This document shows, one piece after another, positions 10,997 to 24,665 of a DNA stretch of 64,000 nt; within the stretch, counting starts at the first letter, position 1, and each line of letters begins with the position of its first letter. A program made the position numbers and the translations under genes. The notes beneath the pieces are model-generated. The model saw only the letters and a list, made by a program, of their open reading frames with translations. It searched no databases and was not told the origin of the DNA. Origin of the DNA: Octopus vulgaris (lineage: Eukaryota); the NCBI GenBank assembly GCA_951406725.2, contig OX597817.1, positions 27,218,001 through 27,282,000 of the forward strand. Direction: 5' to 3'.

Positions 10997-11269
10997 ATAT
11001 ATAGAGAGAGTAGTGTGGGTGAGCAATGATTTTATTAGACATAGTTTATAGTGTCCTGGTCATGGATATTTGTTCACCTTTCCTCACGGCAGAATCATCA
11101 TCATCATCATCACCATTTAATGTCCGCTTTCCATGCTAGCATGGGTTGGACAATTTGACTGAGGACTGGCAAACCAGATGGCTGCACTAGGCTCCAATCT
11201 GATCTGGTAGAGTTTCTACAGCTTGATGCCCTTCCTAATGCCAACCACTCTGGGAGGGTAGTAGGTGCT
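10997..11269 (-). repeat. Inverted duplicate of 12500-12773 (RTE tail plus unique flank)
   Basis: Direct reverse-complement match including ~95 bp of non-RTE flank and private variants. Confidence 0.9.
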
Positions 11270-12189
11270 AGTTGTTGGTTACACTTATGTCAGACTTGAT
11301 TGAGCAGTCCTATAAGTAAGGGTATTCTAACCATGTTTTCATTCAGGCATTATGTTTCTAGAACTACTGTATCTAATATAATTTTGTTTTTAAAAGTTGT
11401 TTGGGTGGTATTGAATGGAGATTTGGTTTCTATTTCTTGGGGGTTCAGCAATCACTTAGAAGTTCATTTGTTGGGTCACACATTAATGTATTAATGTTAA
11501 ACATTCGTATTTTTCAAGATATCATTGTTCTGTTTAACTATATAGGTTTTACTATGCTAACGTGAAAAAAAAGTAAAGATCAGGTTGAGCTCTCAGCTAC
11601 ATCTGTGACTATCATTAAGTAAAAAGATATTATTTTGTGGAAAAGCGATGACATCAGGAAATGACATTGGAGTTCATATCTATGGGGTTTCATAAAGGAT
11701 AGAGTAGAAATAGTACAGTGAATTGGTATTATTAAAGAATTTTAAAGTGATTTAAATAGATGTTTGGAGGTTAACAGTAGATGTGAGTGAATTCACTGGA
11801 TGTTGGCATTGTTAGTTTCTTGATGTGTTGTTGTTGTTGTTGTTGTTTAACTTCAACTCAGCAGATCTATGGTCAAAGCATTTCAGCCACAACATCCTGT
11901 GTCTTTTTCTTTGCCTAAAACTACATATGTGTCCACTGTGTCTTTCCCTTTTTAAAATGTTAATATGATTTGAAGAAATTCAGCTGCTCCTCTTAGCAGA
12001 CTTAGGGAGCAGTCAAAATGAGGTTTCCTGGTTTTATGGAGACATTTAAGTGGTTGGAATGGTTTGAAATTATAACCAGCTTTTGCTCTATCCGATTGTA
12101 ACATTAAATAAGAACTGACTTACTTGGCAACTCATCCAACCAATTCCTGTATAGAAAATCCAGTGTGTAACAATTATGGCAATTAATCA

Positions 12190-12678
12190 AAATTGAACCA
12201 AATTCGATGACTGGCATCTGTGCCAGTGGAGCGCTAACAGCTCCATCCAAGCGGGATGATTGCCAGAGCAGCTGTCTAGCTTCCATACCAGTGGCACGTA
12301 AAAAGCACCATTTGAGCATGATTGTAACCAGCATCACCTTACTGGCACTTGTGCCAGTGGCACGTGAACAGAATATTCGAGCGAGGTCGTTTCCAGTGCC
12401 ATTGGACTGACTCCTGTGCAGGTGGCACATAAAAAACACCATTTGAGCATGTCCTTTGCCAGTACCACCAGACTGGCCCTCGTGCCGGTGACACATAAAA
12501 GCACCTACTACCCTCCCAGAGTGGTTGGCGTTAGGAAGGGCATCAAGCTGTAGAAACTCTACCAGATCAGACTGGAGCCTAGTGCAGCCATCTGGTTTGT
12601 CAGTCCTCAGTCAAATTGTCCAACCCATGCTAGCATGGAAAGCAGACATTAAATGATGATGATGATGATGATGATGAT
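12190..12678 (+). mobile_element. RTE-LINE 3' end (family E)
   Basis: UTR repeats, the terminal block and (GAT)n. Confidence 0.9.
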
Positions 12679-13104
12679 TCTGCCGTGAGAAAAGGTGAAC
12701 AAATATCAATGACCAGGACACTATAAACTACGTCTGATAAAATCATTGCTCACCCACATTACTCTCTATATATTCACATTATTCTCAAAACCTTAAGTCG
12801 AAACTAGGTGGAAATGAGATTGCCAGTGACATACTATAGATTATTAATTGACAGAAAATAATTAAAAGTTTTATTGTTGTGCTATAGAGAAAACTGATTA
12901 TATATATGTGTGCTTTTATGTATATGCAAGCATATGTGTGTTCATATGTGTATCCATGAATGTGAATCAATCATTGTGTATGTTTGTTTATGAATGCTTG
13001 CATGAACATTTACATATATAAATACATTTATATATGTATTTATATATAAATACATATATATAAATACATGTATTTATATATATATTAATTGACGAGTATA
13101 CATA

Positions 13105-13324
13105 CGAGGTGTGGGGCTGAAAAGTTCCTAGCTTTGGATAGAAGAAAATGCAAAAGAATGAGTTAATTATGATTTTATCCAACATATTCCACTCTCCGAT
13201 TCACACACCTATTGTAGCAGCCCTTCAGTTTTTATAAGCCCTGTAAAAAGAACTCAGAGGGTTGGGCCTCCAGTCAGGCCTTTCACGAAACCCTTAAAGC
13301 CAGGAACTTTTCAGCCCCTCCTTG
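13105..13324. mobile_element. Mariner-type MITE
   Basis: TIRs CGAGG..GGGCTGAAAAGTTCCT.GCTTT and AAAGCCAGGAACTTTTCAGCCCCTCC, with TA flanks. Second copy at 60678-60887. Confidence 0.85.
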
Positions 13325-13493
13325 TACTTATATGCCTATGTATGTTCACATGCCTCTGTATGTATATAATGGGCTTGTTTTTATTCTTACTTAACATAAA
13401 CATGTGAGGAAAATAAAGCATTTACTGTTCCTTGTATTAAAGTAAATATTTTTGTATACTGACAATATTTAAATGTTTGAAATCTAATTTCAG

Positions 13494-13684
13494 TTATAAG
13501 TTTGCGTCATGCATTTCATGGTACAAGAAGACCTCTCAGAATTATATCAATTTTATTCTGAAGTACCTATTGTCCATTTGAATTGTCTTCACCCTAGAAG
13601 AAGGATCCTTATTTCTTCTGCAAGGCTGTTAGAAGTTTCTTCTTCATTCTGTCATGGATTTATTTTGAGTGTCCTTCTTCTTAG
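13494..13684 (+). CDS. Candidate host exon (possible first coding exon), product unknown
   Basis: Branch-like TACTGAC at ~13457, acceptor TTTCAG and consensus donor AG|GTAAGT. The frame from an internal ATG is open to the donor (MHFMVQEDLSELYQF...GFILSVLLL). No homologue recognised. Confidence 0.3.
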
Positions 13685-14331
13685 GTAAGTTATCTCTTCT
13701 CTATGGATTTTAAACCACTTCTTCTATACATAGCTGCGTACTCACATGCATAGACATGTATGTACATATAGACATATATGTAAATATGTACAGATATGTG
13801 TAGGTGTATTTATAGTGTATGTAGTTTGGATAAGACTCTTCCTTAGGAATAAGCAATATTGAAAATGTGACAATATCATAGTTTTAGCTGTTTAACACTT
13901 AGCTATTTTCAACAGTGCAGAAATAATTTCAAGAACAATGAAACAGCACTGCAGTTACTTAATGTCTGTTACCTGACAAAAGTGTTGAAGTTTATAGTGA
14001 ACTGATTCCAACATTGTCTATTATTGATGTGTGATTTTACTCAGAGTAATTTTTTTCTTGAGTATTTACTTCATGATTTAGATTAGTTTGATAAGGTGTA
14101 TCAGTAAAAAAACATTCAATGCTTAAGAGCTAGAAACATTGCTAATATTGGATTACATAATTTGCGTCCTTAATTTGCTGTGTTCTATCTATCATGATTG
14201 AAATGATGTTTGTGTGTTGCATTGTGTATTAGAAGATGGAATTATTTAAAAGCAAGAAATACTGTTTCCCAAGCATAAGATTTTCATAGATCACAGAGTT
14301 TATGTCTAACAGTTATATTTTTATAACTTGA

Positions 14332-14593
14332 TAATAAAATATAAATGCACCCTTTTAAAGCCTAGCCAGGCTCATGGGCCCGGTTTCCTGGTTTCTATGG
14401 TGCATGGGTTCCCCAGCTGGACGGGACACCAGTCCATCACAGCGTTACTCATTTTTTCCAGCTGAGTGGACTGGAGCAACGTGAAATGAAGTGTTTTGCT
14501 CAAGAACACGATGCATCACCCGGTCCAGGAATCGAAACCACAATCTTACGATCATGGTACTGACACCCTAACCACTAAGCCACATGCTTCCAC
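14332..14593 (-). mobile_element. SINE family D with 13-bp TSD
   Basis: tRNA head, CORE-like TTCTTGAGCAAAACACTTCATTTC and V-like GATGGACTGGTGTCCCGTCCAG. TSD TTTTATAACTTGA. Confidence 0.9.
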
Positions 14594-16452
14594 ATTTTAT
14601 AACTTGAAGCTGATGAATAATCAACCCTTTTCATGTGGAAATCAGATATATCCAATGAAAATTTCATTACCCTTAACTGCAGAAAGCAGTAGAATACAGT
14701 ATCATATACGATTCTACCTTTTTTGGGAGGAATGTCATGTTTGATAATTATGTTTTTTGAGATATATCAAGTTTATTAAGTAAAGGTGACTTGCAGAAAA
14801 TATCAATTCTATTTTTTAGTAGATATTTAACATCATTACTGAGATAATAATGAAATTTAATTTTGCAGTTAAAGCGTTAAAATATATATTATTTGTTTTC
14901 TTAACCCTCTTTGGGTAGTACTATGTTTAAAAGTATTTCAGCAATGACAGCTTTCTCATATTTTCATCTATAGATATATCTAGGACTACATTATCCAGTG
15001 TATTCTTATGGAATTTTTTCTTTTTTTCTTTTTTCTTTTCTTTTTTTTTTTGTTTTTGCTTTTTTTCAGATCGAAGTGGGAGATACTGCATTTATTTTTA
15101 GCAAACCTGTCACTGGCATAGAGGATGCTTTATTTTTTTCTCTCTTTAGAAACTTATTGTATCTTACAAGCAATATACCGAGGAAGCTTGATACCTATTT
15201 TGCAGCTGTAGAAAACAAACTTTATATTTATTAGACCAAATAACAGTAAACTACTGTAAATTTCTTAGAACCGTAGCAAGGAAATACCTGCAGGGTGAAA
15301 TAAACTAACAGCTGTAATATCCAATAGCTTGACTTCTTATTCACTAAAATAATTATATCTGTTCTGTTAAGAAAGTAGATAAGTAAATATAGCTAAATAA
15401 TAATGACGAAACTTGTAATGATTTATTTAAAATATGATGTGCTAGCCCAAGTTAATAAAAAAAAAGCAACGATAGAGATGTATTATTTTTAAAGAAATAT
15501 TTAAGAATTAACAGCACCATACCATTGCCAACTTAGAGGTTCTGTGACACAAATTCATATGTGCATTGAATTTTACATCAACTGTAGAAAAGAAAACAAA
15601 AAATTAGCTTTTGCTGGATTATTTTCTTTGAGACAGGAATCGGTATATAAAAGTTTATGAGACCATTATCCCCACTCCCTTCCCCACCATATTCAAACAA
15701 TATTAACTACTAGTTTTCATGACTGTTGATAGCGATGATTTCCGAAAATGTCTTCAACTGGGAATTCTATGGTTCCAAAGCAGTTTGGCTTTTGGCAAAT
15801 AATAATGTATTATTGATAGTGAAAGAGACCAAATTGAAAGCCAAAAGATTAGCTAGATATTGCCTTACATATATGAATGTCCTGCTGACACAAAGAAAGA
15901 AGAGGAATCTGAAATGACTTGATGTGGATGGATAGTGTGTCTTCACATCTATAATGATTGAAAAATGACCATGCATGATCTTATCAGCCAAAGTTTTACA
16001 AAGCTGATATATATACACACACATAAAGCATATATGGGGTGGGCATCTGTGTGAGTGTGTGTGTGTGTGTGTGTATAATGATGTACTTATTCTTCAATTT
16101 TCTTCAGTGTGTTTTGTATTTTTCATTGATAAGTCTATTCAAATTTTAAATAAATTGTCTTAATATAATTGTTTATCCCTCTCTCTCTCTCTCTCTCGGA
16201 GAGGCACAAGCACCAACACACACATATACACACACGGCAGTAACTTCCGCCTACCAAATTCAATCACAAAGCTTCAGTGGGCTCGGGGCTATAGCAGAAG
16301 ACACTTGCCCGAAGTGCCATGCGGTGGGACTGTGTGTGTGTCTGTGTGTGTGCATTTGCATGTGTGTGTGTGAGTGAATATATATATATGTATATCAATA
16401 GATAGATATAAATATGTGTGTGTATGTATGAGTGTCTATTTGTATGTGTGAT

Positions 16453-16499
<47 letters not shown>

Positions 16500-16847
16500 T
16501 GTATATTAAACCATTGTTCATAAGACTTGACGAACTAGTGCTACCTTGCTTTTAAACAAGTGGGAGCTGGTGTAAAGAAGGGCATCTGTCCATTAAAACT
16601 TCAGGCTGAATGAAGTCTCAGCTGACCTATACAAAAATGGAAAAGTGAATGATGATATATTTGAATGTTTGCATGTGTGCATACATGTATGTGTGTGTGG
16701 TCATTCCACTGTGAAGCAGAGAAGTTTTTGAGTCTTGTTGTGATAATACATAACATAGCTACAGTAGGATTGATCTAGCCCTAGGACATCTGTATACAAA
16801 TAGATCACCCACTTGGCTTAAAGGATTTTGTAATTGTCTTGCCTATA

Positions 16848-17150
16848 TACAGGGTACAGTGAATAGTCATCTAAATTACTCAAAAATGAAAATAACATTG
16901 ACATCTCATTTCAACAGATATGTTTACCAAAATTACATAAAAATATCTTGAAATATTAAAGAGTAAATTTATTCAACAAAATTGCCATAGGTTTCAACCA
17001 CAGCCTCCAGATGACTTCAGAATCTCCTGTAACTCTTCTAAACTGTCTGCTTGTTAGTTGTTAAGTTGGTGAATGCTGCCGTAATCCTTGCCTTCCCTCC
17101 ATGTTTGGTGTTACAAGGAGTTTTGTTTGTCTCTCATTCAACTTGGTCTC
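16848..17150 (-). pseudogene. DD37D/maT-like transposase C-terminus plus TIR
   Basis: The minus strand translates to TNKTPCNTK...KARITAAFTNL...RRF*SHLEAVVETYGNFVE*. The terminus is TA|CAGGGT. Confidence 0.7.
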
Positions 17151-17768
17151 TCGCTCAACATATAACATTCTCTCTATTGTTTTAAAAAGGTAAAATAAAA
17201 AGCTCGATTTTAAAAACAGAGAAGTAAGTAAATCTTAGAGAAGTCTACGTCTAGAATCCTCATGCTAAAGCAACAAAACATTGAAAGAAAATAAAGCATG
17301 TTAATGAACAGTCATATTTAAATCAGAAGTGAAACCCATTGAAGCTGATAACTCATTAAGTCATCACCATCATCATTATCACCACCACCACCACCACCAC
17401 CACCACTACCACCACCATCATCATCATCCTCATCGTTGCCATCAACATCATTTAACAACCACCTTCTATGGTACAGGTTGGACAGTTTGACAAGTATCCA
17501 CAAAGACTGCCTCCAGTGTCTGCTTTGGCATAGTTTCTACAGTCAAATGCCTTTCCTAATGCCAACCTTTTTCACAATGAAGATATTTGGAAAGTAGGAT
17601 CATTCCAGTATAAAACTTAAACCATTCCAGTATTCAAAAATACAGCCAAAGCATATATTGTATCATACATTGTATCATAACAAAACATGGCAAAAATGGA
17701 AGTATGACAATTGATGGCTTACAGACAAGCTGTTTCTTTGATCTAATTCTTTTGCCGAACTTTAATTA

Positions 17769-17999
17769 TATTTCTTTATTGCCCACAAGGGGCTAAACAT
17801 AGAGGGGACAAACAAAGACAGACAAAGAGATTAAGTCGATTACATCGACCCTAGTGCGTAACTGGTACTTTATTTATCGACCCTGAAAGGATGAAAGGCA
17901 AAGTCGACCTTGGCAGAATTTGAACTCAGAATGTAAAGGCAGACGAAATACGGCTATGCATTTCGCCCGGCGTGCTAACGATTCTGCCAGCTCTCTGCC
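17769..17999 (-). mobile_element. SINE family B
   Basis: Full-length match, flanked by CTTTAATTA on both sides. Confidence 0.9.
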
Positions 18000-18451
18000 T
18001 TTAATTAGTTATATACTTCTTGGCTATTGGATAGTATACCTCATCTTTTCCCAAACTTGACACACATATATCTCACTTCTTTTTGTCATCCTTTCTGTTT
18101 CAAACACTAGAGCCTTCATTAAACATTTGACATAATCCTTCTTTCTTAAAACTGTATCTCTTTGAAATTCCTAACCACTCATATTTTCCTGCAGATGTTA
18201 ACCAACAGAGGTTCTAAGTGACTGTCAACTGTTGTGATCTCATCAGTTTTAGAATGTATGCAAAGATCATGATTATATGATGTTAATAACAAGTATTGCC
18301 AGGAAAAAGAAGCCTGGTGCTACCTCTTGTATGCTTATGTCAACAGAAATTAAACAAAATGCCTCACTTTGCTTGTTTGGTAAACAGGGTTGCTAGAAAA
18401 TCATTAGGACAAAAAACAATCTGTATAAAGAATGAATAAACCTATATAGTA

Positions 18452-18615
18452 TAGGCAGAGGAGTGGCTGTGTGGTATGTAGCTTGTTTACCAACCACATG
18501 GGTCTGGGTTCAGTCCCACAGTGTGGCATCTTGGGCAAGTGTCTTCTACTATAGCCTCAAGCCAACGAAAGCCTTGTGAGTGGATGTGGTAGATAGAAAC
18601 TGAAAGAAGCCCATC

Positions 18616-18684
<69 letters not shown>

Positions 18685-18887
18685 CATGCATTTGTGTGTC
18701 TGTGTTTGTCCTCCCCACATTGCTTGACAACTGATGCTGGTGTGTTTATGTCCCTGTAACTTAATTCAGCAAAAGAGACCTATAAAATAAGTACTAGGCT
18801 TACAAAGAATAAGTCCTGGGGTCGATTTGCTCGACTAAAGGAAATGCTCCAGCATGGCCACAGTCAAATGACTGAAACAAGTAAAAC
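18452..18887 (+). mobile_element. SINE family A with long internal (TA)n
   Basis: Match to 1011-1416. Confidence 0.9.
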
Positions 18888-19455
18888 AAAAAACCTAATG
18901 TTTGATTAATGGTTATCTAGTAGTGGCAGAGAGACTTAGAGGTTTCAAATAAGTGTCTGACATGCTTTAAGACCACTGGAAGGGAAGAACTCCTCAGCTA
19001 TTGTTAAAGTATTTTGCTAAAGGAGGAATTAAGATGATTAATGGAGATACTTGTGTATTCAGTGGTTGATGAAAGTAGCCAGACCAGAATCTGATGAAAG
19101 TAGCCAGACTAGAGGCATATATGAAGAGATTCAACTACAATGGAAAACTTGTCAGAAGAGAATTTGAAGTCCACACGCTGGTTCCCCTTGGAAACTGTAT
19201 GTGAATTGTTTGTTTTCAGATCTGACATCCTGAATACATCTATTTCTCAGAAGTTTCTGTTTGAATAGTTTCTCCAATTATTTCTGTGTTATATTGTCGT
19301 TCATAGATTAGAACAGATTTTCTTTCCTTGATGGTGTTTGACAATAATCCATGCTTGAAAAATGAAAAGAATTTGATTTCTCAGGATCAGGTTGTACATT
19401 TTAAGCCTTCACTGTTTGATGTTTTATTTTCTTGCAACCCTACATGTTAATGCAT

Positions 19456-19766
19456 TGTTGTTGTTGTTTGTTCCTTCTCCAGCCATGCCAGGCTCATAGG
19501 GCCAGTTTCCCAGTTTCCTTGGTGTATAGGTTCCCCACCTGGATGGGATGCCAGTCCGTCGCAGGTGAGCTGCAAGATGCAGGAGAAAAGAGTGAGGGAA
19601 AGTTGTGGCAAAAGAGTCAGCAGAAGTTCGCCATTACCTTCTGCCAGAGCCACGTGGAGCTTAGATGCTTTGCTCATAAACACACATATCGCCCGGTCTG
19701 AGATTCGAACCCATGCTCCCTCAACCACGAGTCCGTTGCTCTAACAACTAGGCCATGTGCCTCCAT
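19456..19766 (-). mobile_element. SINE family C with 12-bp TSD
   Basis: tRNA head, F-type body, V-like 3' part and (CAA)n tail. TSD ATGTTAATGCAT at 19444 and 19767. Confidence 0.9.
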
Positions 19767-21049
19767 ATGTTAATGCATAGTTTTGCAATTTTACTTTATA
19801 CAGAGAAAAAATTTTAGATTAAAAGGACTATTTCTTGAAGCTTCACCCCAAATATTTCCATTTACTGGAAAGTATATTTAGAAATATCCTTTATACGAGA
19901 GAAAATTCCATTTATTGTGTCTCAATCCTGTCTTCACTGCCTTCGTATTGTTCAATTCACATATTCTTGATAAATGCATGACATAAATAAAGAAACATAA
20001 AACAACCTCATGAAATAAGTAAAAACCAAAAGCTTAATGAAAGAGAAAAGGAGAGTATTATCTGTTTCCATCTCTCCTATCTAGAGTTATTTGGCATAGA
20101 AAAATTGACTTTGTCATCACAAAATATTAAGTAACATTATTGCTTCTGGTAATTGCTTTCTCATCATCTTTGAAATCTCCTTTCATCTTTACTAACAATA
20201 ATCTACATTATATACATACGGTAAATCTTTTCTATTGATGTAGCTCTTATGAGATGACAAGGATGCATGCATTGTTTCTTAGATGGTGGCAGTTTGAAGT
20301 GAAATAAATTTTATGTCATATTTTTAACTAATATTTTTTTTTTACAAAGCATTAGTCGCCATTTACAAAGCATATACTGATATTGAAATTTGAGATTTCA
20401 ATCTATTAATTGTGCATTGATATAATTTTTTAGGGCAAATTTCAAATAAATTTTCTATGCAAAAATCATTCTGAGTGACAAAATCATTTACTGATAAATC
20501 TGTGTTTCTGGTTATTTTTCATCACCATTGTAATTCTTACTGTTATCAAGTATATAGGTGGCAGAATCAGAGAAAACAATAGAGCGTGGAATGAGATGAT
20601 TTATGATATAGAGTGTGTAGCTTTCACAATCGCAACTAAAAGCATGTATAGTTTTAGATCTTAGTTCAATAAATTGTTTGATATAATCAAAGGTGGCATC
20701 ACCATCCCCCTCAAACAATAACATATTTGTTCTTCTATTAATCAAAATATTCACTATAAGATCTCAACAGCAGCCACTATCGGTTATTGGTAATTTCAGA
20801 ACTAAGTTTACAAACTAACTTTGATTTCCTAAAAATAGCATCTAATCCAACAACAAGCTTTTGGCAGAATGCTTTTAATGATAGGTTTACTTGATAAGGC
20901 CAAGCTTCGGTTAAATAATAACAGCATCAATCATATTACTGATGAAATGCTTAAACATTGCATTTTGCCATCCTATGCACTCATAAATGTGGAATCCTGC
21001 CTGTGATTAAAAAATGTGTTATTATTCTAGTTATCATACTTTTTCTTTT

Positions 21050-21475
21050 TTCTTTTACTCGTTTCAGTCATTTTGACTGCGGCCATGCTGGAGCACCACC
21101 TTTGTAGTCGAGCAAATTGACCCCCAGGACTTATTCTTTGTAAGCTTAGTACTTATTCTATCAGTCTCTTTTGCCGAACCACTAAGTTACGGGGACGTAA
21201 ACACACCAGAATCGGTTGTCAAGCGATGTTGGGGGGGACAAACACAGACGCACAAATGTATACACACACACATACACACACACACACACACGCACACACA
21301 TATATATACACGATGGGCTTCTTTCAGTTTCCATCTACCAAATCCACTCACAAGGCTTTGGTCAGCCTGAGGCTATAGTAGAAGACACTTGCCCAAGATG
21401 CCACACAGTGGGACTGAACCTGGAACCATGTGGTTGGTAAGCAAGCTACTTACCACACAGCCACTCCTGCACCTA
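21050..21475 (-). mobile_element. SINE family A
   Basis: Full-length reverse-complement match. Confidence 0.9.
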
Positions 21476-21536
21476 TAATTACTGTAACAAATTGCATCGA
21501 ATGTATAACTAAGTGAAGCTTTGTTTCTGCAGTGAT

Positions 21537-21649
21537 TTATATATAGATGTTTTCGATCTAGTTTGGATTCTTTGCTATCAAATTTGAATTCTTTGCCATC
21601 AAATTTGATTGGAAAGAATCCAAACTAGATCGAAAACATCTATATATAA
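21537..21649. repeat. Perfect 37-bp inverted repeat with 39-nt loop
   Basis: TTATATATAGATGTTTTCGATCTAGTTTGGATTCTTT (21537-21573) is the exact reverse complement of 21613-21649. Confidence 0.95.
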
Positions 21650-22111
21650 CAATACTGAGAACACTTTATATGATACTATAATACCTCTGCCCCATGATAC
21701 TGTTTTCTGTGACTGTGTGCAAGTCTTTAATTATTCATTGAATCTCTCATATTAATTCCCAAGGACCAAACCTTATGTGAATTGTTTGTTTTCAGATCTG
21801 ACATCCTGGATTCATCTATTTCTCAGAAGTTTCTGTGTGAATAGTTTCTCCAATTATTTCTGTGTTATATTGTCGTTCATAGATTTTCTTCCCTTGAGGG
21901 TATTTGACAATAATCCATGGATGATTCGCTTGAATTTTTTCTGTTCTGGAAGAATCACCTGCCAAAGTATGACTCTCAGGAGCTGGAATTTATTTAAAGT
22001 GTTGCAAGAAGAAAGTGGAGGTCATGCACCATAATGCTTGTAGAATTTATTTGCTGCGGCTATTTCCTAACACAAACATTATGTATAAAGTGTGAAACCT
22101 CCACATCTATT

Positions 22112-22335
22112 ATATTTCTTTATTGCCCACAGGGGGGTTTAACACAGAGAGGACAAACAAAGGGATTAAGTCGATTACATTGACCCCAGTGCGTAACTGG
22201 TACTTGTTTAATTGACCCCGAAAGGATGAAAGGCAAAGTCGACCTCAGCTGCATTTGAACTCAGAACGTAACAGCTGATGAAATACCGCTGAGCATTTCG
22301 CCCAGCGTGCTAACGATTCTGATAGTTCGTCGCCT
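22112..22335 (-). mobile_element. SINE family B
   Basis: Full-length match. Confidence 0.9.
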
Positions 22336-24665
22336 TTTAATCTATTAATAAATACTTAGCAAATAAGTTATTACCAAATATTTTTAGCTCACAGTGTACT
22401 TTAGAGCAAATACAAGCATTGTGAATATAAAATAAAAAATTCTGTTTGTATTTTTTAGCCTAAAAATATAAACAGTTTAAAATAGAGAATATTATTAAGA
22501 ACATACTTTGTTTATTCAATTATTGCTGCATAGTTATCAGTAATTCGTTGTTTCTTTTTACATTTTCTATGTATTCAAGATAAAACATTACATCATTTCA
22601 TTTTCAGTACTACGAAGTCTCCATCTCTCTATTTTTTACTCTTTTTCTGTGCATTTGTAAGTAAAGAAATTCCAGATTCACATAAACATGATGTAGAAAG
22701 CTGAATCAAAATAGATAAAGCTTTTTTAGTTACTGAAGAATATTCTTCTGTAAAAGATATCTAAAAATATGTCAACAGCTAACATAGATAGATTTTAATT
22801 CTGTGATTAGTGGATATAAAGATTTTATGAACGGGTTTTGAACTGAATCATAATCATCAACGTTTAAAAAAACCCAAAATAAATGTTACCAAATTCCATC
22901 ATATAGAATTGATATTTTGCTAATTTAATGTAATTATTAAATTGTTTCTAAAATATGAGTGTTCAGATATTTTTTCATTTATGTCTGATCCCAATTAGTG
23001 CCAATTAAAATAATGATGAAGCATTTTATGGTATTATAAGTTAATGAGTGATATCAATCCTTCACTAATAATCCCTAATTTATTGATAAAATGCCAGATT
23101 AAACTGCATGTCGTATATTAATATTATATTGACATTATGCTTCAATAGGTTGCATTTTTAGAACAATATTTGTAATATAACATAGTATGGCAGACAAGGA
23201 AATTCACAATTACATTTGCAGTATTACAGAAGTTGGTTTATTGTCAATTTTTCAATATCATTATAAGTTTCATGATATGACACAATTTGAATTTAAAGAA
23301 AGTCCATTTCATGCTGTTTTCAAATCGTAGTATTTGACAATTTGTACAGTTCTCATTATGAAGGTGGTTGCTATATGCAGTATTATATTTCATAACATGA
23401 TACAACCGTATATAGAGTGTTATTCACAATATTTCATAATGCAACTTCCAGCATTATTTGCCTTTTACTCTGTATTAAACAGAAAGCTGTTTGCAACAAT
23501 ATTGACATGTGTCACAGACTGTGATTTGCAGTAATATCTACTGCATAACGTAATTTTGTACAGGTTAACATTTATATAAACGATGTACAGCCTTTCCTTA
23601 GTATGATAAACATTTCAGAATGTAACAAATCAACCTCATACTTTGTCTTGATGTATATATTAACTGTATATTTAGATTATAAGTTCCCTATGAACAACAT
23701 TTTGTAGATAAATCTTGGAAGGTAATAATTTACCCTGACACTCTTTGTCCTGTAGTACTGTTTTTTACTGTTTTTAGTTTTACTTAAAGTCACATAAATT
23801 AACCAGGAATGGATATAAACTTTGGCAAATATTTCTCAAATGTATCATATGGTTTACTTTGAGACTTGTTAATAGTCGTAACAATTAAGGCAGTAATGAG
23901 GAACTGTATTTTCTTTTCAAAATAAAGGTCGCAGCCAAGGCTAAATCCAATTGGTATAAATATGTTATTTCTTCTGTTGCCATTGGTAATTTATTCAGTG
24001 ACGTACAGTGATGCAATGGATTGCTAAATCCCTAGCAATAAATCCAGTTTCATTCAGTAGACATATTTTTGAACTGAAGTTATGTTTCAGCTTTATAATT
24101 CAATCAATAAAGGGCTACAACTAATGAGAACCTGATCATATTTTTTGGGTTAACTTACATTTTGGCCCATATCTCAGTTTGCAATGGTGTCTTCTCTGTT
24201 ATATATTAAATCTTTACATGCAAGTGATTCAGAACTTCATTATTTGGTTGCAGAAATTCTTTGGTTTTTGAAATTAGGATTACATTCTTGAAAATAAATG
24301 CAATTTAATCACTATTTTTTCCTAAGGGCCAGCAAATTCCCATATACATTCCCTGCAATATTCTCCATTTGAGACCATTTCTTGTGGTATTTCATTAATG
24401 ATTGTTTATAAATTGGTTCCATTATTTAGAATTCTGTTTCATATGTGCAGAAAACATTTGTTGATTGTTGCTTCATTACAGGCTTTCATGGTGGTGGAGA
24501 GTCTGGGAATTTACACATATCCCCTTAACGCTGGTTGTTTGATGCAGTTCTCTATTAGGACTGCATTGAAGACTCTTGTGTTGTTTGACAAAACATTTAA
24601 CCCAGAAGAATCTCCTCTTTAAAGGACATATTGTTCCTCATTAGGTTATATCTCTTATGTATAGT

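Noticed and set aside
23300-24660. Endogenous RNA-virus polymerase fragment
   Set aside because: The motifs resolve as PIF1 helicase of the Helitron.
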